Below, one piece after another: positions 25,844 through 34,318 of a DNA stretch of 64,000 nucleotides; positions within the stretch are counted from its first letter, which is position 1, and each line of letters opens with the position of its first letter. The stretch covers positions 1 through 64,000 of IMG/VR virus record IMGVR_UViG_3300043436_001870; one strand, given 5' to 3'. The translations under genes were made by a program, and so were the position numbers. The stretch is from a virus. The notes under the pieces were generated by a model. That model was not told the DNA's origin and made no database searches. It saw only the letters and a list, made by a program, of their open reading frames with translations.

Positions 25844-26072
25844 AATAATTCTTGTAGGAATGTTAACAGCTGTGGGGTGTAAAGCTCCACAGCCTACTCC
25901 TTCTGCATATGATTCAGCAAACTACCTATTCTTGGTAGAAGATGCTGCAAAAAACCGTTACTACACCAATGATTATAAGCAGGTAACAGCTACCTGTATT
26001 ACATTCATGGCCCAGGATTCTATTCCAAAGAAGGTGTGTGGTAACTATACAATCAGTCTTTTAAGGTATTAG
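25815..26072 (+). CDS. putative lipoprotein
   Basis: hydrophobic signal ending LTAVGC; start reassigned to 25815. Confidence 0.5.
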   Translation: MSKLFPLFGKIILVGMLTAVGCKAPQPTPSAYDSANYLFLVEDAAKNRYYTNDYKQVTATCITFMAQDSIPKKVCGNYTISLLRY

Positions 26073-26102
26073 ACATACCAAATCAATTTAATTTTAGTAT
26101 AG

Positions 26103-26993
26103 ATGAGCAAAGTTAGTTTTGTTCAGAGGAAATCTATGGAGATTAAGTCCTCTGGAAGATCAACTGATTTTATTGGACCAAGCTTTGGCTTTGGATGCTT
26201 ATTTGACTGCTCTTACTGCTATTGTAAGAGACATGTTAATGATGGTGTTAAGGTTGCCGAAAATGTAGATGACATTTTAGAAGCAATTATTGATCATGCA
26301 TATACCCATTTACATAATGGATGGGTGATAAAAAATAAACCTAATCAAACTGATAGTCATTTTATTACCTATGATATTGGTTGCAATGAAGATTTAGCAC
26401 TTCATGCTAAGTATTATGATATGCAGAAGATATTTAGAACTGCCGGAAGATCATCTTACATAAAGTTTTCATTTGCTACTAAGTATGTTAACTATGATTT
26501 GCCCAATCTATATATTGATTATGTTGGTAAGGTTAGAATCAGATTCAGTCTAATGCCTCAGAAGTATTCTGATATACTTGAACCTAATACTAGTCTTATC
26601 ATAGATAGAATCAAAGCAATTGATAAGTTTATAGAAAAAGGCTATGAGGTGCACATCAATTTCAGTCCTGTTATAGTGACTGATACTTGGCACCAAGACT
26701 ATTCAGATCTATTCCTTCTTGTAGACAAGTTTGTTTCTGATGAGAATAAGGATAAGGTCAAAGCTGAAGTTATCTTTCTTACTCATAATGAGAAGAAACA
26801 TGAATACAACTTGAAACATAACCTTCCTGGAGAGGACATGTTATGGAGACCTGAGTTACAGGAGGCCAAAAAATCCCAGTATGGAGGAGACAACATCCGT
26901 TACAACCACATCCTAAAAGCCCAGTATGTTCATGAGTTTAAGGCATTGCATAATCTTATAATTCCTTGGAATACAATTAGATATTGTTTTTAA
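26103..26993 (+). CDS. splB: spore photoproduct lyase-like radical SAM protein
   Basis: GCLFDCSYCYC cluster motif, DIGCNED (equivalent of SPL H-donor Cys), FATK, RIRFSLMP. Confidence 0.8.
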   Translation: MSKVSFVQRKSMEIKSSGRSTDFIGPSFGFGCLFDCSYCYCKRHVNDGVKVAENVDDILEAIIDHAYTHLHNGWVIKNKPNQTDSHFITYDIGCNEDLALHAKYYDMQKIFRTAGRSSYIKFSFATKYVNYDLPNLYIDYVGKVRIRFSLMPQKYSDILEPNTSLIIDRIKAIDKFIEKGYEVHINFSPVIVTDTWHQDYSDLFLLVDKFVSDENKDKVKAEVIFLTHNEKKHEYNLKHNLPGEDMLWRPELQEAKKSQYGGDNIRYNHILKAQYVHEFKALHNLIIPWNTIRYCF

Positions 26994-26997
26994 AAAT

Positions 26998-27129
26998 AGT
27001 TAGGTGGCGGAAATATAGACGCTGTTAGTTGTGTAAGGGAAAGGTAAGGGTGGAATCTTACTTGTCCGTCAGGTAACCACACCAGAGAAGCAACTATACC
27101 ATTACAGGTATTTAATCCTGTTCTAACCA
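26998..27129 (+). ncRNA. tRNA-like element with expanded anticodon domain
   Basis: acceptor AGTTAGG/TCTAACC, D arm GCG..CGC, T arm ACAGG/CCTGT, ~75-nt insert in place of anticodon arm. Confidence 0.55.
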
Positions 27130-27132
27130 AAC

Positions 27133-27223
27133 CCCCTGTTAGTGTAACCAGGAATAAATACTGGCATTGAGAGTAACACCAGTCATTATTGACTGAATGT
27201 GGGTTCGAATCCCACACAGGGAG
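27133..27223 (+). ncRNA. tRNA-like element with expanded D loop and non-canonical anticodon loop
   Basis: acceptor CCCCTGT/ACAGGGA, perfect T arm GTGGG-TTCGAAT-CCCAC, CAGTC-ATTATT-GACTG arm with 6-nt loop. Confidence 0.65.
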
Positions 27224-27226
27224 CTG

Positions 27227-27284
27227 ATACCTTTTAGGGTATAATAACATGCATTTACTAATCTATTATACCTTATAGGGTATA
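27227..27284. repeat. two near-palindromic ATACCTTWTAGGGTATA sites
   Basis: 27227-27243 and 27268-27284. Confidence 0.6.
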
Positions 27285-27302
27285 TAAAACTAATTACAGT
27301 CT

Positions 27303-27680
27303 ATGGCAAAGAAAAAACCAACACAAAAGGTAGAAGAGATTCTATCAAATGAGCAAATCTATTTTGTATTAGATAAAACTAATAGTGAACATGAGATAGA
27401 GTATGTTATCAAGACATATGATACTGAAAAAGGTACTCTTGTACAGATGTTTATTGCAGATAATGGTTCATGGAGTCCTTCAGTTGCAGGTAATAAGGTA
27501 GCTTCTGTTACTGATACCGGTGAAGGGTATGAATGGGACATGCTGCCTGTAACTAAAAAGCATGACTATTCTGATGCATCTGTTATGTGGATTATGTTGA
27601 GCTTCTTGGATTCAGTAAACTCTCTAAGATCTAGTTATGAGATCATTAAAACAGAGGTAAAAATTAAGGTAAATGTCTAG
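27303..27680 (+). CDS. hypothetical protein
   Basis: 125 aa ORF. Confidence 0.6.
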   Translation: MAKKKPTQKVEEILSNEQIYFVLDKTNSEHEIEYVIKTYDTEKGTLVQMFIADNGSWSPSVAGNKVASVTDTGEGYEWDMLPVTKKHDYSDASVMWIMLSFLDSVNSLRSSYEIIKTEVKIKVNV

Positions 27681-27714
27681 TCTATAATATCTTTGGATTA
27701 TAAATTTAATCCAA

Positions 27715-28341
27715 ATGAAAACACTTATCTTATTTTCTCTGCTACTGTTAACAGCATGTACTCCTGATTATTTGATGATGCCATCTAATCCTAGTGAGTT
27801 TGAACTTAGTCAAAGTCAAGTTAACACTTTACTTTATAATGAAAATGGTCAGCTATTACTTGACTTTATTCCTGCACTGCAGCCATTTGTAAATGAAGGA
27901 TGCAACACTGCTTGGGACAATCTATCTGCTATTGTCAATCCTGATGGTAGCTTAGTTTACTTTACCAATTTACCAGCATATACTGAGAGTCCTACTGACC
28001 TAGATAAAAGTAGATTTACATTTATCTATCAAGCACAGAATCCTTGGTTCGGAGTTTTCCCTGAGGAAGAACCTTATGCTCAGATTGCAGGAGCAGGATG
28101 GTACACACTTCCAATAGATGACTATGGAAATATGACATGTCAGGGCTTGCAGGAGATAAGGATATGGGTACTTGATGAAGTAACTAATCAGTGGTATATG
28201 AATTCCCAAGTTTGTTGGGCCGCTTTATTATGTAATGGTCAGTCTGACTGTGACCAAGGTTGGTCATTTGATCAGATAGAATTTACAAGTTATCAATCCG
28301 GGTATGTCCATTTAAGTAATGTACCTATAAATAATAATTGA
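27715..28341 (+). CDS. lipoprotein
   Basis: MKTLILFSLLLLTAC lipobox; TATCTTTG -7 box at 27688-27695. Confidence 0.7.
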   Translation: MKTLILFSLLLLTACTPDYLMMPSNPSEFELSQSQVNTLLYNENGQLLLDFIPALQPFVNEGCNTAWDNLSAIVNPDGSLVYFTNLPAYTESPTDLDKSRFTFIYQAQNPWFGVFPEEEPYAQIAGAGWYTLPIDDYGNMTCQGLQEIRIWVLDEVTNQWYMNSQVCWAALLCNGQSDCDQGWSFDQIEFTSYQSGYVHLSNVPINNN

Positions 28342-28515
28342 ACTTGCAAAAGAGACTAAGTAAAATCTATTACACCGTCATCTATGTTACTCTTCAATTG
28401 GCAATAGTGAGATTTGTTGTCCATATTGAACATAAGTGTAAGACTACATTGCCCGGACAATGGCATTGGACAGATGGTTATTATGATTATGTTGAATGTT
28501 TAAGAAAGAAAATCT

Positions 28516-28737
28516 ATGAGTGAACAAGAAAAAATAGAATACATGAGACTTGCATTGGCACTTCAAAGAATAAGTGTTGATGAAGCTGTAGCTGACACAA
28601 TAGTTCAGACATACGGAGCTATCCTAAAACTTGGTAGCAAGTTCAGTATAGAGGATGCAGTCAAGATTGAAATGGATATCCGTGAGAAATATGCTAAAAA
28701 ATCCTTGGAGGCAGACAATGTGGATAAGAACAGTTAA
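28516..28737 (+). CDS. hypothetical protein
   Basis: 73 aa ORF. Confidence 0.55.
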   Translation: MSEQEKIEYMRLALALQRISVDEAVADTIVQTYGAILKLGSKFSIEDAVKIEMDIREKYAKKSLEADNVDKNS

Positions 28738-28804
28738 TGGAATAACTTGGATAGAAGTTGAGCAAACTTCACAAGGAATTTGGATACCAAAAATACGGAG
28801 GTGA
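28718..28804 (+). CDS. 28-aa mini-gene (not in ORF track)
   Basis: MWIRTVNGITWIEVEQTSQGIWIPKIRR preceded by GGAGG. Confidence 0.45.
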   Translation: MWIRTVNGITWIEVEQTSQGIWIPKIRR

Positions 28805-28807
28805 GCA

Positions 28808-28888
28808 ATGATATACTTAGTACTGATATATTCGCTTGCTCTTTTAGGTTATGTATTTTTAATACGGACAATTAGAAAATGGAGGTGA
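28808..28888 (+). CDS. 26-aa single-TM mini-gene (not in ORF track)
   Basis: MIYLVLIYSLALLGYVFLIRTIRKWR preceded by GGAGGT. Confidence 0.5.
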   Translation: MIYLVLIYSLALLGYVFLIRTIRKWR

Positions 28889-28891
28889 CAA

Positions 28892-29080
28892 ATGAGTAAC
28901 ATGGAAAATAAGTTAATGACAGCTGCTGAATATATAGCTGATCAAGGTAAGAATCTTGATGAAGCTATTGCAGGTGATATTTTTGAGATTATGGCTGATT
29001 ATACTAAGTATGTCTTGTTTTTTATGAAACTGAATAACTTAAAGCCTGATCAAGTAGAAGTTAAAGGAAGTGACAAATGA
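28892..29080 (+). CDS. hypothetical protein
   Basis: 62 aa, preceded by GGAGGTGACAA. Confidence 0.55.
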   Translation: MSNMENKLMTAAEYIADQGKNLDEAIAGDIFEIMADYTKYVLFFMKLNNLKPDQVEVKGSDK

Positions 29081-29268
29081 GTCCGGATATATCTATGTGT
29101 AAGAACAAGACATGTCCTTTGAGGAATACTTGTTACAGGTTTATTGCAAAACCTAATCCATGGGCTCAGACTTACTCTGACTTCCAGTGGAATGAAGATA
29201 ATGAAGGTAGAGTTACCTGTGATGATTACTGGGACTCTGCTCCCTACAAGAGTAACTATGATGAGTAA
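29077..29268 (+). CDS. small Cys-rich protein
   Basis: DISMCKNKTCPLRNTCYRF motif. Confidence 0.65.
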   Translation: MSPDISMCKNKTCPLRNTCYRFIAKPNPWAQTYSDFQWNEDNEGRVTCDDYWDSAPYKSNYDE

Positions 29269-29446
29269 TGAAATCAAGATTCACCTACAGTTTGATTTAA
29301 CTTTACTCTATTTTGATGACGTGATTACTACTGAGGAACATGACCGTCTTGTAGAGATGTTCAAGTCTCCAGATAATGAGAATCATGTTCTTGCTATTCT
29401 TGCTATTGAATCATTTAAAAAAAGAGCCCATGAGAAAAGAAAGTGA
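29258..29446 (+). CDS. small protein carrying shared helical motif
   Basis: ITTEEHDRLVEMFKSPDNENHVLA; start reassigned to 29258. Confidence 0.6.
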   Translation: MMSNEIKIHLQFDLTLLYFDDVITTEEHDRLVEMFKSPDNENHVLAILAIESFKKRAHEKRK

Positions 29447-29693
29447 AATTAGAGAAAGACTAGAGCAGGTTAAGAAAGATCTTGAGCATGCTAATGCATG
29501 GCATGATCAGGCTTATAAAAAGTATATAGAAGAAAGAAAGAATTGGGGTAAAGATGCTGACCATGGTGAAATGGATGCAGCATCTGATGTTGCCACTAAT
29601 TGTGCAAATGAAATAAGATTTTTAGAATGGGTATTGGCTAATGCTAAACCTGGGAACCCTATTAAATTTAATACTGATGAAGGAGATGAATAA
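29430..29693 (+). CDS. helical hypothetical protein
   Basis: start reassigned to MRKESE (29430). Confidence 0.55.
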   Translation: MRKESEIRERLEQVKKDLEHANAWHDQAYKKYIEERKNWGKDADHGEMDAASDVATNCANEIRFLEWVLANAKPGNPIKFNTDEGDE

Positions 29694-29838
29694 AAAAGTA
29701 TTTGTTAGACATAATCTCAGACTCAAGGAAGAAGTCTTCTTAAAAGTTGAAAAACTAGCAGAGATTGAAAATAGAACCATTAATAATATGGTAGAAACTC
29801 TTCTTATAAGAGGTACTGATCATGTTGGAAAACAATAA
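29686..29838 (+). CDS. Arc-like ribbon-helix-helix regulator
   Basis: HNLRLKEEVFLKVEKLAEIENRTINNMVETLL. Confidence 0.7.
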   Translation: MNKKVFVRHNLRLKEEVFLKVEKLAEIENRTINNMVETLLIRGTDHVGKQ

Positions 29839-29858
29839 CTGTATTATATATCAAGACT

Positions 29859-30101
29859 ATGAATAAATTAATTAGACTTTTTGGGGTTATAGCATTGACC
29901 CTTATGATGGCATCCTGCTCAAAGGATGAAGAATGTAACTGTGGAGTTATTGTGAGTGATGGTATCACTGGTGACTGCAGTTGGTTGGATATCAGAAATG
30001 ATTGCACCAATAACACAAAGAGATTTTGTTTTGATGAGTACACCTGGTCGAATAACTACGTAGGTGATAATTTCTGTGTTACAAATGAAACCCAATGGTA
30101 A
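29859..30101 (+). CDS. small Cys-rich lipoprotein
   Basis: LMMASC lipobox, six further Cys. Confidence 0.65.
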   Translation: MNKLIRLFGVIALTLMMASCSKDEECNCGVIVSDGITGDCSWLDIRNDCTNNTKRFCFDEYTWSNNYVGDNFCVTNETQW

Positions 30102-30105
30102 TATT

Positions 30106-30438
30106 ATGTCAGAAGAAGACAAGCTAAAAGTCATAAATCTACTGATGTTACTACAGGTTGCAGTTTATGCAGCTGATGAAACAATGCATATAACTTGGTT
30201 TAATAGACACAAAACTAAGGCTATATCAAAAAATTTTCTTAATATTGTCCTTCAGGAACACGGAGATGTGATCAAAGTATTTTGGGATATCCCACAGCTA
30301 GACATTAATCAGATCATCAAAACCTTAGATGAATTTGGTAAAGCTGCAGGAAGTCTTAATTATTATGATCTCAAACCTGTTACTGAATTAATAAACCAAT
30401 ATAAACAACAAGAAAAAACAAAAAAAGATGGACATTAA
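30106..30438 (+). CDS. hypothetical protein
   Basis: start reassigned to MSEEDK (30106). Confidence 0.55.
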   Translation: MSEEDKLKVINLLMLLQVAVYAADETMHITWFNRHKTKAISKNFLNIVLQEHGDVIKVFWDIPQLDINQIIKTLDEFGKAAGSLNYYDLKPVTELINQYKQQEKTKKDGH

Positions 30439-30889
30439 AATGATTGCCATTATCGGATTATCCCTTGCAGCAGTATGGGGATTTGTGTCAGCATTAATCA
30501 ATGCAGCAGCTAACAGACAATTGACTCATGACAATGAGGAATTGTCATCTGAAAACAACAAGCTTAATCATAGTATCTCCAGAAGAGAGAAGGATGTAGC
30601 AAAGCAACTTGATCAGATTACTCATCTTGAAAGTAAGTTGAGTACTGCTAATCTACTCCTGCATAATAAGGATGTGGAGATTGCTGAACTTGAAGGTAAG
30701 CTTAAGGCTACCTCCAGAACTAATACTAAGTTGCTTAAAGAAGTAGCCGATGACATTACTGTAAATGTTAAAGCTGGTGATGATGCACCTGTTAATGTCC
30801 AAAAGCCAAAGAGACGTAAACCTTATAAGAAGAAGAAGTCAAATGCCGGATCAACTACCAGTAACAATCAAGCTGGAGAAAAGAAGTAA
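30428..30889 (+). CDS. membrane-anchored coiled-coil protein with basic tail
   Basis: N-terminal TM, long coiled coil, KPKRRKPYKKKK. Confidence 0.6.
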   Translation: MDIKMIAIIGLSLAAVWGFVSALINAAANRQLTHDNEELSSENNKLNHSISRREKDVAKQLDQITHLESKLSTANLLLHNKDVEIAELEGKLKATSRTNTKLLKEVADDITVNVKAGDDAPVNVQKPKRRKPYKKKKSNAGSTTSNNQAGEKK

Positions 30890-31220
30890 TCAGCTTGTTG
30901 TAAGCAACGAATTAGGTAGAACAAAATTGGACCTGTTCATCAAAGGATTAGCCGATGGTGAACAGGTCTTTGTAACTTATGAAGTTGCTAGTAATAGTGG
31001 AAACTATGCTCAATTATCAAAGCTGCATAAATGTATCAGAGAACTTGCCAGTTTTACTGGTAACACCTTTGAGGACATGAAGCTGCAGGTGAAGATGAGA
31101 GCTGGTCTATGTATGGATAATAACTGCAGATCTTTTGGAGATTGTTCTGTTCAAGAACTAAGTCTAGCCATTCAGGCTGCAGTTGAGATTGGAGACATTG
31201 TAGGATTTAATCTTCATTAA
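30843..31220 (+). CDS. NinB-like protein
   Basis: QLSKLHKCIRELASFTGNTFEDMK...SFGDCSVQEL pattern; start reassigned to 30843. Confidence 0.5.
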   Translation: MPDQLPVTIKLEKRSNQLVVSNELGRTKLDLFIKGLADGEQVFVTYEVASNSGNYAQLSKLHKCIRELASFTGNTFEDMKLQVKMRAGLCMDNNCRSFGDCSVQELSLAIQAAVEIGDIVGFNLH

Positions 31221-31524
31221 CTTCTGTTCTTGTCTTTGTTTCTGGGTCATATTCAACTGACTTAAGTAGACTCTGCTCTCTTGCAGAACTCTCTACAAGA
31301 TTTAAAAAGGCCAACACAGTTGACATGTGGTACTCAAAAGGTCCTTCAATTTTTCCGTCTGTTATATTTTTCATGACGGAATTAAAATGTTCTTGATCTT
31401 TAAAAGGTATAAACTCTAATAGAAGCTGGTTGAATCTATAAACATATTCAACAGGAAGATCTAATTTTACAGTTGTTCCTTCTTTATATACTTCAAGAAT
31501 CATTTTCTTTTTTTCTTCACTCAT
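31207..31524 (-). CDS. lone antisense-oriented hypothetical protein
   Basis: 105 aa ORF filling the gap between plus-strand genes, with its own promoter. Confidence 0.65.
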   Translation of the reverse strand: MSEEKKKMILEVYKEGTTVKLDLPVEYVYRFNQLLLEFIPFKDQEHFNSVMKNITDGKIEGPFEYHMSTVLAFLNLVESSAREQSLLKSVEYDPETKTRTEVNED

Positions 31525-31541
31525 TTTTATTATAGTTTATA

Positions 31542-31572
31542 CAAACATACAATGGAACAAATCAACCTGCAA
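31542..31572 (-). promoter_or_regulatory. Bacteroidota sigma-A type promoter
   Basis: minus strand TTG-N20-TATGTTTG upstream of 31524. Confidence 0.55.
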
Positions 31573-32256
31573 GAAATCCAAACTAAACTGTATGAGAAAG
31601 TCAAGGTATCAGGTTGGGGACCAGCTATGGTTAACCAAGTTATGAGCCAGGACTTTCTGAAGATCCTTCAGACTCTCTTAAAAGAGTCTCAGGATGGTAA
31701 GAAATTTACTCCTCAGATTAAGTATCTGTTTAATGCCTTTGAGAGTTGTCAATATGATAAATTGCAAGTTGTAATCATTGGCCAAGATCCTTATCCAAAT
31801 GTAAATGTTGCTGATGGTATTGCATTTAGTTGCAGTAATCTAGGTGTTGTTGAGAAATCACTTGAATATATGTTCAAGTCTATTGAAGAGACTGTTAATC
31901 CTGATTATGTTCAGGATCCTGATCTTAGAAGATGGGCTAGTCAAGGTGTTTTACTTTTGAATTCTGCTTTGACAACAACATTAAACAAACCAGGATCTCA
32001 TCAATTGTTATGGAAACAATTCATGACAGAGATACTTGATCATCTTTTATGGAATAAACCTGATATTGTTTATGTATTCATGGGTAAGAAAGCTGCAGAG
32101 TTTGCAGACATGATACCTGATAATCATCTAAAGATACATGTATCTCATCCGGCTAGTGCTGCCTACATGAAATCTTCAAAGTGGGACTGTGGTGACATGT
32201 GGAACAAAATAAATAAATATCTAGAAGAGAATGATAAAAGAAAGATACATTGGTAA
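31552..32256 (+). CDS. ung: uracil-DNA glycosylase (family 1)
   Basis: VVIIGQDPY, GIAFS, QGVLLLN, SHP. Confidence 0.92.
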   Translation: MEQINLQEIQTKLYEKVKVSGWGPAMVNQVMSQDFLKILQTLLKESQDGKKFTPQIKYLFNAFESCQYDKLQVVIIGQDPYPNVNVADGIAFSCSNLGVVEKSLEYMFKSIEETVNPDYVQDPDLRRWASQGVLLLNSALTTTLNKPGSHQLLWKQFMTEILDHLLWNKPDIVYVFMGKKAAEFADMIPDNHLKIHVSHPASAAYMKSSKWDCGDMWNKINKYLEENDKRKIHW

Positions 32257-32521
32257 AGTTGTAATTAGTAGTGCTCTTAATGCTAAATCAGGAGAATGCT
32301 GGTTTTATATTGGATCTGAAAACTTTACAAGAGTAGTAGAAAATAAGTGTCTTTATGATGCTCTTTCAGACTATGGTATTGGTTATGAGAAGGCTAAAGA
32401 AATAGTAAAAGAATGTGCAAAATCTTTTGATTCTAAAAATAGATTTGATCTCTATACTACTGATCTTTACAAGCCTTTAGGGAATAGTACCAAACCTGCA
32501 AAAAGAAATAATAATGAATGA
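32231..32521 (+). CDS. hypothetical protein
   Basis: 96 aa, overlapping neighbours. Confidence 0.5.
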   Translation: MIKERYIGKVVISSALNAKSGECWFYIGSENFTRVVENKCLYDALSDYGIGYEKAKEIVKECAKSFDSKNRFDLYTTDLYKPLGNSTKPAKRNNNE

Positions 32522-33104
32522 TTTTTATGAATATATTGAGAAGTTGGGTATAACACCCAATGCCTTCTTTGTATTATGGTCAATCAAGGTTAGTAGAAGA
32601 ACTAATATTCTCAACCCTTGGGGAGAACTAAGACTTCTCAAAATTGCTGAGCTTATTGATGATCAGTATAAGATCAGTACTAAAGGTCAAGATGTGCTTG
32701 TAGAGGGTGAACAACTGCTCTGCAATGGGTCTATGCCTAAGAAAAAGCCAGGGCCTGTTATTGCACACCTTGAGGAGAATGCTGTTAAGTATCTTTTGTT
32801 GTTTCCTGCTGGTAAGTTACCTAGTGGTAAAGCTGCTAGAGTAAACATAAAGGATATCATAAAAGCATTTGTATGGTTTTTTAATAACTATGACTATAGT
32901 TGGGAAACCATTCTTACTGCTACTGCTTACTACATTGATACATATGAGCAGAATAAATTCATGTACATGAAGAACTCTCAGTACTTTATTCGTAAACAGA
33001 TAACAGGTGTCAACTTTGAGTCTGATCTTGCAAGCTATTGTGAGATTATATTAAACGGAGGTTATGATGAATCCGGTAACCAAATAATTGAGAAAGTTGT
33101 ATGA
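32514..33104 (+). CDS. putative replication initiator/helicase loader
   Basis: wHTH-like N-terminus, LFPAGKLPSGK, YMKNSQYFI; upstream of DnaB. Confidence 0.45.
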   Translation: MNDFYEYIEKLGITPNAFFVLWSIKVSRRTNILNPWGELRLLKIAELIDDQYKISTKGQDVLVEGEQLLCNGSMPKKKPGPVIAHLEENAVKYLLLFPAGKLPSGKAARVNIKDIIKAFVWFFNNYDYSWETILTATAYYIDTYEQNKFMYMKNSQYFIRKQITGVNFESDLASYCEIILNGGYDESGNQIIEKVV

Positions 33105-33295
33105 CAAAACCACGAGTTAGTTATAGTCTAATTGTATTTATGCTTGCCCTAAGTATTTTATTCTCAGTATTTATTTGGGTAATTGCAAACATCTTCTTTG
33201 AGATATCTCTTGTTCAGCTCTTTTTTATTGAATTAATGTTGTTCATCTCAAGGAAATTATATATGTTTATATCCCGTAAAGTCTTATCAGAATAA
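33101..33295 (+). CDS. small membrane protein
   Basis: two TM segments. Confidence 0.5.
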   Translation: MTKPRVSYSLIVFMLALSILFSVFIWVIANIFFEISLVQLFFIELMLFISRKLYMFISRKVLSE

Positions 33296-33327
33296 ACTGT
33301 AATTCTTACGGTTTAATTCCAACTCCT

Positions 33328-34317
33328 ATGTCAATTACTAATAAGCCCTGGAAGGGGCAGAGGGATGGTTTTACTGAAGCTTTGCAATACATGCAAGGAA
33401 GGCAGAAGGGATTGATCAAAAGTATCAAGACACCTTGGCCAAAATTTAATGATGCCGGCACAGATGGAATAGAATGGAACACTCTTACTGTAATAGGTGG
33501 CCGTTCTGGTGCAGGTAAAACTCTTGTTAAAGACAACATCATTAACAAAGCCTTTGACCTAAACAAAGGAGAGAATTTCCGGATACTAGAATTTCAGTTT
33601 GAAATGCTTGCCCGGGTAACTGCAATACGTGAGTTCTCAAGTATTGTAAGAAGGTCTTATAAGGATTTATGTTCAGCTAATGAACCACTAGATTCTGGAA
33701 TATTACAGACCTGTTATGATTATGCTAAAGAGAAGATCAAACATCCAATTGATGTTGTAGAAACACCAATGTCTGTTTCAGAGATTGAGAATACTATTGC
33801 TGAATATATGGAGGATCATATTAACCATGAAGGTTCTTCTCCTATGTATACTAAGACAATAATTACATTGGACCACTCTTACCTGATTAAGGTAACAGGT
33901 TCTCAGAGTAAGCAGGACATGCTATATGATTTTGCTGAAATGCTGACCAAGCTCAAGAGAAGGTATCCAATTGCTTTTATTATTCTGAGTCAATTGAATA
34001 GAAACATTGACAATCCTGAACGTAATGAGGATGGTCGTGCTGGTAACTACATTATGACATCAGATCTAATGGGTGCTGATGCTTTGCTGCAGCATGCTGA
34101 TATTGTAGTTGGTCTGAATAGACCAGGGTACTTCAAGATTAAGTACTATGGTCCTGAAAGATATATGATTCATGATGAGACTGTCATGGTTATGCACTTT
34201 CTAAAGTGTAGAAATGGTGACACCAGAATGAGTTTTTTTAGAGGAGACTTTGGAACAATGACTGTTGAAGAAATACCAACTCCTCCAAAGCAAGAAAAAC
34301 GTTTAACAACCAAGTAA
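33328..34317 (+). CDS. dnaB: DnaB-like replicative helicase (C-terminal domain only)
   Basis: GGRSGAGKT, FEM, LDH, LSQLNR, KCRNG. Confidence 0.88.
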   Translation: MSITNKPWKGQRDGFTEALQYMQGRQKGLIKSIKTPWPKFNDAGTDGIEWNTLTVIGGRSGAGKTLVKDNIINKAFDLNKGENFRILEFQFEMLARVTAIREFSSIVRRSYKDLCSANEPLDSGILQTCYDYAKEKIKHPIDVVETPMSVSEIENTIAEYMEDHINHEGSSPMYTKTIITLDHSYLIKVTGSQSKQDMLYDFAEMLTKLKRRYPIAFIILSQLNRNIDNPERNEDGRAGNYIMTSDLMGADALLQHADIVVGLNRPGYFKIKYYGPERYMIHDETVMVMHFLKCRNGDTRMSFFRGDFGTMTVEEIPTPPKQEKRLTTK

Positions 34318-34318
34318 T

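Noticed and set aside
26990-27250. 86-aa minus-strand ORF over the tRNA-like elements
   Set aside because: Antisense shadow of structured RNA; no homology cues.
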